A stretch of DNA of 64,000 bases from a bacterium (GCA_002687895.1 NZBL01000003.1:20821-84820), one strand, 5' to 3'; positions 46,525 to 56,924 are shown, counted from the stretch's first letter. Numbers and translations: made by a program. The notes: a model not told the origin generated them from the letters alone.

Positions 46525-46953
46525 TTATCGCTTGCTCCATTGCGGAGCTCGTCTTGCGCGCTTTAAGCCTGGCTTTTTGCGCTCCTTAACTCTGCGATCT
46601 ACTGTAATAAGCCCCGCTCCCCTTAATACTGGCCTTAAATCAGCATCATGCTTAAGTAATGCCCGCGCTACTGCCAAGCTTACTGCTTGTGCTTGGCCTT
46701 TTTCTCCGCCGCCTGATACGCGCACATTAATATCATAATTCTTGTCTTCTATTTTCTGCATTGCCAAGCGCGCCATATCAATTAAATCAGCCCTAGAAAA
46801 ATAATCAGAAACATCTTTTTTGTTCACTACAAACTGGCCTTTGCCCCTTACATAAAGCTGGGCAACAGCGCTGGAGGATTTTCTGCGTCCTAGTCCGCGA
46901 ATATATTTGCGCCCTTCAAAAGGATTTTTTTCTTTTTTCTCAACTTTTTCCAT
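46525..46953 (-). CDS. rpsI: 30S ribosomal protein S9
   Basis: GRRKSS, GGG..GQA, ERKKPGLKRARRAPQWSKR. Confidence 0.98.
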   Translation of the reverse strand: MEKVEKKEKNPFEGRKYIRGLGRRKSSSAVAQLYVRGKGQFVVNKKDVSDYFSRADLIDMARLAMQKIEDKNYDINVRVSGGGEKGQAQAVSLAVARALLKHDADLRPVLRGAGLITVDRRVKERKKPGLKRARRAPQWSKR

Positions 46954-46954
46954 A

Positions 46955-47308
46955 TTAGGTTTCAGCCTTAATAGTTAATCTCTTAATCATTTCGCGGCGC
47001 AAAGAATTTTTAGGAAGCATTCCCATAACAGCTTTTCGCAATACTTCATTTGGCCTGCGAGACATTAATGATCCCAAAGTTTCGCTTTTTAACGCCCCAA
47101 CCCTGGTAGTTGGAGAATAATATCTTTTTTGCTCAAGCTTGTTTCCGGTAATTTTTACCTTTTTAAAATTAGTTACCACAACAGATCCGCCTTGGTCTTT
47201 ATATGGCACATAATTGGCCTTATCCTTGCCCATTAGAATATGAGCAGCCTGCGCCGCCACTCTGCCGAGCGAGATTCCTTCTGCATCAATTGTGGTTGCC
47301 TTATTCAT
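46955..47308 (-). CDS. rplM: 50S ribosomal protein L13 (short form)
   Basis: IDAEGISLGRVA, LMGKDK, AVMGMLPKN. Confidence 0.95.
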   Translation of the reverse strand: MNKATTIDAEGISLGRVAAQAAHILMGKDKANYVPYKDQGGSVVVTNFKKVKITGNKLEQKRYYSPTTRVGALKSETLGSLMSRRPNEVLRKAVMGMLPKNSLRREMIKRLTIKAET

Positions 47309-47309
47309 A

Positions 47310-47660
47310 TTAAATTAATGATATTACAGCTTTCTGTCCACTGTCGCCTGCGCGCGTTCCAGTTCTTCGGATAGAAGTATATCCGCCTTTTCGCTCTTTA
47401 TACTTTGGCCCAATCACTTCAAAAAGCTTTTTAATAGCGTTCTTGTGGCTGAGCTTTGTATCTGCTTTTCTGCGCGCTGAAACCGAGTCCTCGCTAGCAA
47501 GAGTAATTAATCGCTCCGCATATGGGCGAAGAGCCTTTGCTTTTGCTAATGTTGTTTCTATTTTTTCATGCAAAAACAAGCTAGTCGCAAGCTGGCTTAC
47601 AAGCTCTTTTCTATGGGTTGGCTTTCTTCCTAAATGAATTTTAGAGCTTCTGTGCCTCAT
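47310..47660 (-). CDS. rplQ: 50S ribosomal protein L17
   Basis: MRHR, IETTLAKAK, RKGGYT, RAGD; start at 47660. Confidence 0.96.
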   Translation of the reverse strand: MRHRSSKIHLGRKPTHRKELVSQLATSLFLHEKIETTLAKAKALRPYAERLITLASEDSVSARRKADTKLSHKNAIKKLFEVIGPKYKERKGGYTSIRRTGTRAGDSGQKAVISLI

Positions 47661-47661
47661 A

Positions 47662-48459
47662 TTATTCTTTGTCCTTATCTTCTTCTTTTGCTTCAGATTC
47701 ACCAGACTCATCTTCATCTTTTGCGGGCTCATCAGTATTTTCTGAAATGTCTTCTTCTTCGCCTATATTTTCAAAATCGCTTATTAAGTTAAAATGATCA
47801 GCTAAAATTTTAGCAGACTGCTTAATCGCTTCCTCTATGGTTATTGTTCCATTAGATTCAATCTCCATGGTTACTTTGTCATAATCAGTTCGCGCGCCTT
47901 TTCTAACATTATCCACCTCATATCCAACCTGCACTATAGGAGTAAAAATAGTATCAATAGCGATCGCGTTCACGTCCAGCTCCTCCTTTTCCCTGGATTC
48001 AATTGTTACATAACCCCTTCCTGTTCTTACCCAAAGCGTCATTTCAATAGACGCTGCTTTATCTGTTAATGTCATAATAACCTGATCTGGATTAGCTATT
48101 TCTATGTCTGCGTTTTTTTCAATATTACCGGCTGTTAAAACTTTTTCACCTTCTGCTTTAAGGGTCAGCTGAACTGGCTCGTCTGTGTGGCTTGTTAAGT
48201 TAACGCGCTTTAAATTCAAGGAAATATCAACCACATCTTCTTTTACATGGTCAATAGAAGTAAACTCATGAGTGGTGCCTTTTATCTTGAAAGCGAATAT
48301 AGCGGCCCCAGGCAAAGAAGAAAGCAAAACTCTTCGTAAAGAATTTCCAACTGTTGGGCCATATCCTGGATACAATGGCTCAATAATTAAAGTTGCCTTG
48401 TTTTCGTTTTCAGCATCTTTATCAATGGATACTTTTTTTGGAAGCGGGATAGATTCCAT
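47662..48459 (-). CDS. rpoA: RNA polymerase alpha subunit (NTD plus acidic tail, no CTD)
   Basis: IEPLYPGYGPTVGNSLRRVLLSSLPG, HEF, GRGYV. Confidence 0.96.
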   Translation of the reverse strand: MESIPLPKKVSIDKDAENENKATLIIEPLYPGYGPTVGNSLRRVLLSSLPGAAIFAFKIKGTTHEFTSIDHVKEDVVDISLNLKRVNLTSHTDEPVQLTLKAEGEKVLTAGNIEKNADIEIANPDQVIMTLTDKAASIEMTLWVRTGRGYVTIESREKEELDVNAIAIDTIFTPIVQVGYEVDNVRKGARTDYDKVTMEIESNGTITIEEAIKQSAKILADHFNLISDFENIGEEEDISENTDEPAKDEDESGESEAKEEDKDKE

Positions 48460-48478
48460 ATGTTTATAAAAATTATTA

Positions 48479-49102
48479 TTATCTTGAATAAAATTCTACA
48501 ATGCGCCTAACATCTATAAGCGCTTTTGGCTCGTCTACATCTGGCTCTGCCACGACTTTTGCCTGCGTGTCTTTCTTGGAAAGCCAACTTGCGGTAGATC
48601 TATCAAGCTCTTTTAGCTTCTCAATTAATGTTGGACTTTTTGCTATGCTTTCTTTTATTGAAACAGTGGCCCCTACAGGAACCTGCGTAGAAGGAGTGGT
48701 AGATTTTTTGCCATTAACCAATATATGCCCATGGCTCACCATTTGCCTGGCAGCGGGCCTGGTTTTGGCAAATCCTAATCTATACACTATATTATCCAAT
48801 CTTCGCTCTAGCATTGTAAGCATTGCCTCTCCAGTGTCTCCTTCTGAATTAATTGCTTTTTTGTAGTAGTTTCTAAATTGCTTTTCCAATACGCCATACA
48901 TGCGCTTTGCTTTCTGCTTTTCGCGCAGCTGAACACCATAGTTGGTAACCTTGATTCGCATGGCGCGCGGACCATGAACTCCAGGCTGATAGCCTTTTCT
49001 TGTTAAAGGGGATTTCGCTGTTCCAGCCTTGTCTAAGTCTGGATGCAAATCAACTCCTTCTCTGCGCGAACGCTTGTATTTTGGGGTTAAATCTCTAGCC
49101 AT
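48479..49102 (-). CDS. rpsD: 30S ribosomal protein S4
   Basis: QLREKQKAKRMYG, LERRLDNIVYRLG, IVEFYSR. Confidence 0.98.
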   Translation of the reverse strand: MARDLTPKYKRSRREGVDLHPDLDKAGTAKSPLTRKGYQPGVHGPRAMRIKVTNYGVQLREKQKAKRMYGVLEKQFRNYYKKAINSEGDTGEAMLTMLERRLDNIVYRLGFAKTRPAARQMVSHGHILVNGKKSTTPSTQVPVGATVSIKESIAKSPTLIEKLKELDRSTASWLSKKDTQAKVVAEPDVDEPKALIDVRRIVEFYSR

Positions 49103-49105
49103 AAT

Positions 49106-49555
49106 TTATACTCTCCTTGGTTTGCGCGCTCTTGGGCCGTTATGCGGAACTGGTGTTCTATCTTTTATGGATTGGATCTGAATCCCTAATCCGCTTAGCC
49201 CGCGGACTGCGGCGTCTCTTCCCATTCCCACTCCTTTTATAATTACGTCAACTTCGCTTAGTCCTGACTGCTTTACAAAATCAGCTAATCCTCTAACAAC
49301 AATTCCGGCCGCATATGGAGTGGATTTTTTAGGGCCTTTGAATCCTGCTTTGCCAGAGCTGGCCCATGCCATAATATTTCCAGATTGGTCTGCAATAGAA
49401 ACCATTGTGTTGTTATATGTTGAATTAATATAAGCAACTCCTTTTTTAAGGGATATCTTAGATTTCTTCTTTTTCTTTTTAACAGAAAGCTTGTTCTCGC
49501 TTTCAGGAACAGATTGGGGCGATTCAGATTGGGCTTTTGTATCTTGATCTGGCAT
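49106..49555 (-). CDS. rpsK: 30S ribosomal protein S11
   Basis: STYNNT, GFKGPKKSTPYAA, DRTPVPHNG. Confidence 0.98.
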   Translation of the reverse strand: MPDQDTKAQSESPQSVPESENKLSVKKKKKKSKISLKKGVAYINSTYNNTMVSIADQSGNIMAWASSGKAGFKGPKKSTPYAAGIVVRGLADFVKQSGLSEVDVIIKGVGMGRDAAVRGLSGLGIQIQSIKDRTPVPHNGPRARKPRRV

Positions 49556-49564
49556 ATAAAATTA

Positions 49565-49960
49565 TTAGGTCTTTTGAGCAGCAGGCTTTTTGCCGCTTGT
49601 GGTTGTTTTTCTAATATTTCCGCGGACAGTTCTAGAATTAGTTTTGGTTCTTTGCCCGCGAACAGGCATATGCTTTGCGTGCCGCATGCCTCTCCATGTT
49701 CCAATCTCGCGCAAGCGCTTAATATTAGCGTGAACAGACCGCGCTAGCTCTCCTTCTAAAAGCGATCCTTGCTTGTCTATAATCTGCCTGATTCTGTTTA
49801 CTTCTTCTTCTGTTAAATCTTTTCCTCTTTTTTGCACGTCAATATCAGCTTCTTTAAGCAATTTTTCACTTAAGCTTTTTCCTATTCCATTTATAGTGGT
49901 TAAGCCTATTACTATTCTTTTGTTGTCTGGAAGATTAACTCCAGCTATTCTTGCTGACAT
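49565..49960 (-). CDS. rpsM: 30S ribosomal protein S13
   Basis: ARIAGVNLP, RGMRH..PVRGQRTKTN. Confidence 0.98.
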   Translation of the reverse strand: MSARIAGVNLPDNKRIVIGLTTINGIGKSLSEKLLKEADIDVQKRGKDLTEEEVNRIRQIIDKQGSLLEGELARSVHANIKRLREIGTWRGMRHAKHMPVRGQRTKTNSRTVRGNIRKTTTSGKKPAAQKT

Positions 49961-49969
49961 AATGTATTA

Positions 49970-50083
49970 TTATCCCTGCCTTTGCTTATGCTTTGGATTT
50001 CTGCAAATCACAACCAAGCGCCCTTTTCGGCGAACAACCTTGCAGTCTCTGCATATTGGTTTTACAGAAGATCTAACTTTCAT
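49970..50083 (-). CDS. rpmJ: 50S ribosomal protein L36 (Zn-binding form), not in the ORF track
   Basis: [37 protein letters not shown]. Confidence 0.98.
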   Translation of the reverse strand: MKVRSSVKPICRDCKVVRRKGRLVVICRNPKHKQRQG

Positions 50084-50089
50084 AATAAT

Positions 50090-50434
50090 TTAATAACGAT
50101 ATGTAATTCTACCCTTTGTGGTGTCATATGGGCTCATTTCTATTTTAACCTTGTCAAAAGGCAATAGCCTTATCTTGTGCATTCTCATTCTTCCGGAAAG
50201 ATGAGCCAAAATCTCATGCCCGTTTTCCAGCTCTACCTTGAATGTGGCATTTGGAAGAAGCTCTAAAACCTGGCCTTCCAGCTCTATAAACCCTTTTTTA
50301 TTAACGCTAAATCCCTCTGGCTGATCCGAAGCTGTTGGTTCAGTCTGAGGAGTTTTAGAAATGTTTGATTCTGGAGCTTTGTTGCTCTTCTTCTTGTTGC
50401 TCTTGTATGGTTTTGATTTGGGCTTGTAGGCCAT
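50090..50434 (-). CDS. infA: Translation initiation factor IF-1 with N-terminal extension
   Basis: [38 protein letters not shown]. Confidence 0.96.
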   Translation of the reverse strand: MAYKPKSKPYKSNKKKSNKAPESNISKTPQTEPTASDQPEGFSVNKKGFIELEGQVLELLPNATFKVELENGHEILAHLSGRMRMHKIRLLPFDKVKIEMSPYDTTKGRITYRY

Positions 50435-50538
50435 GATCAAGACAAAATATAAACAATTTAAGAGTTTTTTCTCTTAAATAATACTTTTATTTATATTATA
50501 TTTTACTGTTATATTCGCAATATATAAGTATGATTATA

Positions 50539-51954
50539 CTAATATAGTTCTGATTTTGTGTCAATAGTTGCAATATTCCTTGCAACTTGATCTACATTCC
50601 CTGCTCCCATGATTATGGCCACATCTTCTGGCTTAATTTTTTCTTTAAGCATTGATTCAGCAGACGCGAGATCGGGAGTATATTCAACTAGTTTTGATGG
50701 TGAGCTTTTTTTGATCGCATTAACCAGATCTTTTGAAGATGCTTTTTGATCAGATTTTGTTGTCCTTCCTGCTACATCATAAATCTCGCTAACGATGACT
50801 TCATCTGCTTCATTAAATGATTCAACAAAATCATCAAACAAATTCTTTGTGCGGTTATGCTGGTGCGGTTCAAACAAAACTATGATTCTGTTAAATGGAT
50901 ACCACTGGCGAGCTGCTTTTAAAGTTGCCTTAATTCCATCTGGATGATGAGCATAATCAGAAACAATCAATGCCTTGTTATATTCCCCAACCAGCTCAAA
51001 TCTTCTCCAAGTGCCTTTGAACTTTCCAAGCAGTTTTATTATTTTATCCTTTTTAATGTCTGCTAAATCTGCGGCAATTGCGGCAGTGATCGCGTTTGCC
51101 ATGTTATGCTCTCCGGGCAGATGATATTCTACATGGCCCCAGTCTTCTTTATCGCTGACAATATTAAATCCAATATTGCCCAGCCATGTGTTAGTTCCTG
51201 AAGTTACTATTACTCCTGCGCTGCGAACTCCTGTACTGCCTCCAATTCCAAATTTAATAAGATTGTTATGCTTAATAGAAATCTTGTTCAAGTTCTTGTC
51301 ATCGCGATTAATTATTATCGCCCCTTCACCAGGAACTGAATCTACCCATTTCTGGAAATGAGAAATAATATCATTTATATCTTTATAATAATCAAGGTGA
51401 TCTGCTGCAATATTGGTTATTACTGCTATAAAAGGCTTATACTCAAGCATTTTAGCGGCATATTCATCTGCTTCTATAACCAGCCAATCTGTGTTTCCGA
51501 TTCTAATATTGGAATTCCACTGCAAAACGCGGGTGCCCACTACCACAGTTGGATCAAGCCCAGCTTGTTCCATAATAAATCCAAGTATTGCTGTTGTTGT
51601 GCTTTTTCCGTTTGTTCCGCTTACTGCGATAACTTTTTTATCTTTTGCGAATTTACCCCAAAACTGCGAGCCATTTAACTGCTTTATATTTTTCTCTTTT
51701 GCTTGAGTTCTAATAACGTCGTCCTCTTTAACTGCTTCTGAATATATTACTAAATCAACATCATCTGGCAATGATGTTTTATCATGAATGATAATATCCG
51801 CGCCCATTGATTCCAGCTCTGTTGTGATATCTGATTCAACCAAATCAAAACCGCTCACTTTAACTTTGTGATGTAAAAATAATTTAGCAATAGCAGAAAT
51901 GCTTATTCCGCCGATTCCAATGAGATAAATGTGTTTGTATTTACTTAAATCCAT
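50539..51954 (-). CDS. murC: UDP-N-acetylmuramate--L-alanine ligase
   Basis: IGIGGISIS, GTNGKSTT, EADE, DHLD, DYAHHP. Confidence 0.96.
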   Translation of the reverse strand: MDLSKYKHIYLIGIGGISISAIAKLFLHHKVKVSGFDLVESDITTELESMGADIIIHDKTSLPDDVDLVIYSEAVKEDDVIRTQAKEKNIKQLNGSQFWGKFAKDKKVIAVSGTNGKSTTTAILGFIMEQAGLDPTVVVGTRVLQWNSNIRIGNTDWLVIEADEYAAKMLEYKPFIAVITNIAADHLDYYKDINDIISHFQKWVDSVPGEGAIIINRDDKNLNKISIKHNNLIKFGIGGSTGVRSAGVIVTSGTNTWLGNIGFNIVSDKEDWGHVEYHLPGEHNMANAITAAIAADLADIKKDKIIKLLGKFKGTWRRFELVGEYNKALIVSDYAHHPDGIKATLKAARQWYPFNRIIVLFEPHQHNRTKNLFDDFVESFNEADEVIVSEIYDVAGRTTKSDQKASSKDLVNAIKKSSPSKLVEYTPDLASAESMLKEKIKPEDVAIIMGAGNVDQVARNIATIDTKSELY

Positions 51955-53002
51955 AAGCTTGAATAATTTCAATCATGCGCTCTCTAGCGCCTTGTTTCAT
52001 AAGTTCGCGAATATTTTTAGAAAGTTTTTCACGCTCATCTTTGTTTTGAAGAAGCTCTTGAACTTTTTGGATAAGATGAACATCCAGCTGGTCTTGGCGA
52101 TATACTAATGCGGCATGCTCATCTAAAATATAAAAAGCATTGTCCTCTTGATGCGTACCAGGCATTGGAATAATAATGCTTGGCTTTGCTAAATAAGCAA
52201 GCTCAGTTAAGGTAGAGATCCCAGCGCGGCTGATTACTAAATCGCTTGCAACCAAAACATGAAACATATCACCCCCTAAAAATTCAATTTGATGGTAATT
52301 TTCCAGCTTAATTTCTGGTTTAGATTTATTATTGCCAGTTAAATGAATAATATTTGCCTTTGGGCTTATTTGATTTATATTATCCCATACCCATTTGTTT
52401 AATGAATCTGCTCCACTGCTTCCTCCTGTAATCAAAAGCGTTGGCAGATCAGAATTTAAATGAAATTTGCCTTTGGCAGCTTCCGCGTTTCCTTTTGTTA
52501 ATGAATTTCGCACAGGATTTCCAATATATTCTGTTTTTTCTTTTGGATAATCTTGCAAAGATTTTTTAAAGCTAATAGTTATCCTGCTGGCGCACCAGCT
52601 AGTCAGCTTGTTGGATAATGTAGGCCTAATATCCTGCTGGTGAATAATAATTTTCTTGCGGAAAATCCAACTAGCCCAAATTACAGGCACGCTCACGAAC
52701 GATCCCGCGCTTACAACAATATCCGGCTTTATTGCTGATATAATTAAAATGCTCCGCAAAAATGCAGCTATCAAAAGAATCGGGTCAATCAAAATATGCA
52801 GGCTTAGATATCTGCGCAATTTAGCAATAGGAAGCCACTCATAGCTTATTCCCAAGGACTGCACAACTTTTTTTTCTATTCCGCTTTTTGTGCCAACCCA
52901 AAACCATTCCCAATTTTTGCCTTGTTTTTGGGCTTCTTCAAAAATCGCAATTAGCGGATTAACTGATCCAAGAGTTCCGCCGCCTGTTAAAAGTATCTTC
53001 AT
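51941..53002 (-). CDS. murG: MurG glycosyltransferase
   Basis: TGGGTLGS, HQQD, GNPVR, GGSSGA, SRAG, HQEDNA. Confidence 0.95.
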   Translation of the reverse strand: MKILLTGGGTLGSVNPLIAIFEEAQKQGKNWEWFWVGTKSGIEKKVVQSLGISYEWLPIAKLRRYLSLHILIDPILLIAAFLRSILIISAIKPDIVVSAGSFVSVPVIWASWIFRKKIIIHQQDIRPTLSNKLTSWCASRITISFKKSLQDYPKEKTEYIGNPVRNSLTKGNAEAAKGKFHLNSDLPTLLITGGSSGADSLNKWVWDNINQISPKANIIHLTGNNKSKPEIKLENYHQIEFLGGDMFHVLVASDLVISRAGISTLTELAYLAKPSIIIPMPGTHQEDNAFYILDEHAALVYRQDQLDVHLIQKVQELLQNKDEREKLSKNIRELMKQGARERMIEIIQAYGFK

Positions 53003-53006
53003 AAGC

Positions 53007-54131
53007 TTACACCTTACTCCTTTTTGAGATATTCAACAAGATGCCTATTGAGACAAGGGTTACTATAAGAGAGCTGCTTCCATAGCTCATTAAAGGCAAA
53101 GTTAGCCCAGTTAAAGGCAATACTCCAAGCATTGCGCCTATATTTACAAACGCCTGCAATACAATCCAAGTGCCTATTCCAATTGCTGCGAGCTTTCCAA
53201 ACATATCTGTAGAGCGTTTGGCAACTTGAAAGCTCTTCCAAAAAAACATCACAAAAAGAACAATAACTAAAACGCTAAAAACAAACCCAAGCTCTTCCGC
53301 GATTATGGCGAAAAGCGAATCTCCTGTTACTTCTGGAAGGTAAAAAAATTTCTGCCGAGAATGGCCAAGCCCCAAGCCTAATATTCCTCCGCTTCCAACT
53401 GCCAGCAATGCCTGGTTGATATGATACCCAGCGCCTTGAGGATCTGCCGCAGGATTTAAAAAAGCTATTAAGCGCGACAAGCGATATGGAGCAGATGCAA
53501 TAGCAGTAACAACTGCGACTGCTCCTGCCACAACCAGCACCAGCATATGCTTAATGCTTGCTCCTCCCACAAAATACATAACAAAAGCTATCATTGCTAT
53601 AATTATTAAAGTGCCCAAATCCGGCTGCCTAAGAATTAAAAACCCAATTACTCCTAAAACAGCTACAAATGGAATTAATCCAGTATATGTATCTTGTATT
53701 TCCCTGCGTCCACGCTCGCTTAGCCATGCTGCCATATATAGTATTAAAGTTAGCTTAACTAATTCGCTTGGCTGAAATCCAAATACTCCAAGATCAATCC
53801 ATCTTTGAGCTCCTTGTCCGCTAGCGCCGACCCCAGGCATAAGAACCACTATCAACAGAGCTATGCTTGCTAATAAAAGAAAAAAGGACCACCTTTGCCA
53901 AAAATGATAATCAATTTTGTAGATAACATAAGCCCCAATTAATCCTATTACAAGCCCTATAAGCTGGCGCTTAATAAAAAAATTAGCATCTCCAAATCTT
54001 TCCAATCCAACTGCCACAGAAGCGGAAAACAGCATAACCAAGCCAAATAAAATAATAAGTCCGCTAATTAATAAAACAGATTTATCAGCAAGAAATTTTT
54101 TTTGTTTTAATCTATTTCTTAGTGGAGTCAT
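53007..54131 (-). CDS. ftsW: Cell division SEDS protein FtsW
   Basis: GAQRWI, QPSELVKL, QPDLGT, EELG, LPLMSYG. Confidence 0.95.
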   Translation of the reverse strand: MTPLRNRLKQKKFLADKSVLLISGLIILFGLVMLFSASVAVGLERFGDANFFIKRQLIGLVIGLIGAYVIYKIDYHFWQRWSFFLLLASIALLIVVLMPGVGASGQGAQRWIDLGVFGFQPSELVKLTLILYMAAWLSERGRREIQDTYTGLIPFVAVLGVIGFLILRQPDLGTLIIIAMIAFVMYFVGGASIKHMLVLVVAGAVAVVTAIASAPYRLSRLIAFLNPAADPQGAGYHINQALLAVGSGGILGLGLGHSRQKFFYLPEVTGDSLFAIIAEELGFVFSVLVIVLFVMFFWKSFQVAKRSTDMFGKLAAIGIGTWIVLQAFVNIGAMLGVLPLTGLTLPLMSYGSSSLIVTLVSIGILLNISKRSKV

Positions 54132-55518
54132 TATTTTGATTAAGATTTACTGCTTTTACAAAATCGTCTCCGCGTTCAAACTCATGCTGCCAAAGATTAA
54201 AGCTTGCAGCTGCTGGAGAGAGTAAGATGATGTTGCCTTTTTTTGCTTGTTCAAGCGCTTTTTCCGCTATAACGCTCATGCTGGTATGGTTTGTATCTAA
54301 ATTGCGAAATTTTTTAAGCGCTTTTTCCTGCTTTATGCTTGCGTCTCCTTTAAGCAGAAAAACTTGTTTGCAATATTTTTTTACTTCTTTTGACCAATCA
54401 TAATAATCAAGTTTTTTATCTGCTCCTCCTGCAATAAGGATTATATTTTTTTTCTTATTGCCAAATCTCTGCAAAGCTGCAATGCCAGCAACTGGAGTGG
54501 TTGCTGTTGTGTCGTTGACAAACGTGATACCGCGCTTGACGCTTATAACCTCTTGCCTACCTTCTAAAATTAATTCTGTGTTTAAAGCTTTCTTGATTTG
54601 GCTATTAGCTACTCCATAAATCTTTGCGGCAGTTATGGCTGCTAAAACATTTTCTAGATTATGCATTCCCTCAAGTTTAATATCTTTGACTGATGCAATG
54701 ACTTCGCGCTTGTTTTCTAAAGCAAACTTGATCTTGTTGTTCTGAACATATGCGCCATGCCCCTTATGATTCTTTTTGGAGAATAAGAAAGTTCTTGAAC
54801 ATGCTTCTTTTTGCCAGTCTCGGACAATATTGTCTTCATCATTTAATATTATGAAGCGGTCTTCGTCTTGATGCTTGAATATTTCCTTTTTAGAGCAATA
54901 ATAATTTGTGAGATTGCGATACCTATTCAAATGATCTGGATAAAGATTTGTAACTACAGCGACATGGGGCGTTCCGCGGACTATATTCAAACCCTCTAAT
55001 TGCCAAGATGACAATTCTAATACCACAAGATCATTCTTTGTGGCGCGATCCACAACATCAAGCATAAATGATGTTTTAATATTTCCCGCGAGGATGGTGC
55101 GCTTATTTTTCTTTTCGCACATGCTTGCGATCAAAGCAGATGTTGTTGATTTACCGCGTGTTCCTGTAACAGCGATGATTTGGGCTTTGCATCTATCAAA
55201 AAATAAACTTGCCTCATTATATACTGGTTTATTTAGGCGGCGAGCAAGCTGAAGATACTTAGATTCTTTCGGCACACCAGGGTTATAGACGATGTAGTCA
55301 GCCCATTTTACATCTCGCTCTTTATGTTTTCCCAATACGTACTTTATACTTTTATGCTTTGCTAGTTTTTCAATGGAGTGAGACAATACTGATTTCTTTT
55401 TTAAATCAGAAATAACAAGTTTAGCGCCATTTTTATGCAGCCATCTAGCAGTTGCCACTCCTCCTCCATGCAGTCCCAAGCCCAATAGGAGTATCTTTTT
55501 ATTCTTGATCTCTATCAT
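54112..55518 (-). CDS. murD: UDP-MurNAc-L-Ala--D-Glu ligase
   Basis: GLGLHGGG, GTRGKSTT, ELSSWQL, DHLNRY, LLSPAAASF..ERG. Confidence 0.96.
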   Translation of the reverse strand: MIEIKNKKILLLGLGLHGGGVATARWLHKNGAKLVISDLKKKSVLSHSIEKLAKHKSIKYVLGKHKERDVKWADYIVYNPGVPKESKYLQLARRLNKPVYNEASLFFDRCKAQIIAVTGTRGKSTTSALIASMCEKKNKRTILAGNIKTSFMLDVVDRATKNDLVVLELSSWQLEGLNIVRGTPHVAVVTNLYPDHLNRYRNLTNYYCSKKEIFKHQDEDRFIILNDEDNIVRDWQKEACSRTFLFSKKNHKGHGAYVQNNKIKFALENKREVIASVKDIKLEGMHNLENVLAAITAAKIYGVANSQIKKALNTELILEGRQEVISVKRGITFVNDTTATTPVAGIAALQRFGNKKKNIILIAGGADKKLDYYDWSKEVKKYCKQVFLLKGDASIKQEKALKKFRNLDTNHTSMSVIAEKALEQAKKGNIILLSPAAASFNLWQHEFERGDDFVKAVNLNQNNDSTKK

Positions 55519-56570
55519 AAGCTACTGTCAATCAAAAACAGGATAAACCCTAAAACAGCAGTTACGCCGGAAATTACCCAAAACCTCATTACAATTTTAG
55601 GCTCGCTCCAGCCTATTGCCTCAAAGTGATGATGAATCGGCGTTGATAAAAATACTTTCTTTTTGCAAATCTTTTTAGACAGTTGCTGCACAATTACAGA
55701 TCCAGATTCAAGCACAAACAAGAAGCAAATCACAGGCAAAAACAAAGCAGTATTAGTTAACATAGCCACAATGCCCAATGTGACGCCTAAGCCCATTGAT
55801 CCTGTATCCCCCATAAAAAATCTAGCCGGCGCAATATTAAACCATAAAAAAGCTAATAAAGCTCCCACAATCACTCCGCAAAAAGTTGCTAATTCAAATC
55901 TGCCAACTACAAAAGCCATAGCTCCAAAAGAAGCAAAAGCCGCAATTAATAATCCTCCAGCTAATCCATCTAAACCATCTGTATTATTAACAGAAAAAGA
56001 AGTTGCGACAATTATGAATATAAATATTGGGATATACCATAAGCCAATCTCAAAATTTCCAACAAAAGGCACATGTATCAAATCCCAGTCTAGCTTATAA
56101 AAAAACCATAAAGAACCTACTATTGCTATTACAGTATACACAATTAATCTGTGCCAAACGCTGAACCCTCCTTTAAAAATACCCTTGCCCCTAATATTAA
56201 GCCAATCATCAGCTAAACCTATTAAAGAAGACGCAACTAAAGCGCCCAAAGGAAGCAATGTCTCTCCCCTATCCAAAAAATTAAATCCAGCCAAGCGCGA
56301 CTCTGGGTATATCTTTTCCACATAAAAAAATACTAATATGATAACAAGCACGCTCATCCATATTAATATTCCTCCCATTGTCGGAGTTCCTGCTTTTTTA
56401 CTGTGCAATCTCGCGAATATAGGCGCTCGCGCCTTATCGCGTATAGACTTGCCAAGCTTATACTTATATAGAAAGTGAGATAAAACAGGAGTCAGCCCAA
56501 TAGCAGCTGCAAAAGCGAGTGATGTTAAAATAAAAATCTTAATTACTGGAAACAAAGATATGTAATCCAT
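55515..56570 (-). CDS. mraY: Phospho-MurNAc-pentapeptide transferase
   Basis: KAGTPTMGG, NNTDGLDGL, FMGDTGS, PIHHHFE. Confidence 0.97.
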   Translation of the reverse strand: MDYISLFPVIKIFILTSLAFAAAIGLTPVLSHFLYKYKLGKSIRDKARAPIFARLHSKKAGTPTMGGILIWMSVLVIILVFFYVEKIYPESRLAGFNFLDRGETLLPLGALVASSLIGLADDWLNIRGKGIFKGGFSVWHRLIVYTVIAIVGSLWFFYKLDWDLIHVPFVGNFEIGLWYIPIFIFIIVATSFSVNNTDGLDGLAGGLLIAAFASFGAMAFVVGRFELATFCGVIVGALLAFLWFNIAPARFFMGDTGSMGLGVTLGIVAMLTNTALFLPVICFLFVLESGSVIVQQLSKKICKKKVFLSTPIHHHFEAIGWSEPKIVMRFWVISGVTAVLGFILFLIDSSL

Positions 56571-56573
56571 AAT

Positions 56574-56924
56574 TTATGATAAACTTTTTAATAGTGCCAG
56601 CATTAACGACACAAGCAAAATAAGCTCCATAAGCAATGTCAGTCCAAGCAAAACTCCTTGCCACAATTTATTATCCTTTAAAACCAGCTTGCTTATTGCT
56701 GAATTAACAATCATTATAATGCTTCCAAGCGTTGGAAACAAAAACAAATCAAACTTCGGCCCAAACCTGTCAAAGCCGAAATATATAGTGTAATGTAGTG
56801 GTATAAAACTTTCTGAAGCTTGAAATCGCCAAACCACAATAAACCAAATCACAAATAGCACAAACAATGAAGCTCCAAAGAGAATATATAAATAAATTAA
56901 AGAATTTCTTTTTCCTAAATTCAT
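56574..56924 (-). CDS. Small membrane protein (DUF1648-like, IPLHY motif)
   Basis: Three TMs, IPLHYTIYFGFD. Confidence 0.6.
   Translation of the reverse strand: MNLGKRNSLIYLYILFGASLFVLFVIWFIVVWRFQASESFIPLHYTIYFGFDRFGPKFDLFLFPTLGSIIMIVNSAISKLVLKDNKLWQGVLLGLTLLMELILLVSLMLALLKSLS

Noticed and set aside
49285-50167. Alternative ORFs across rpsK, rpsM and rpmJ
   Set aside because: Shadow frames of ribosomal protein genes; the real small gene is rpmJ at 49970-50083
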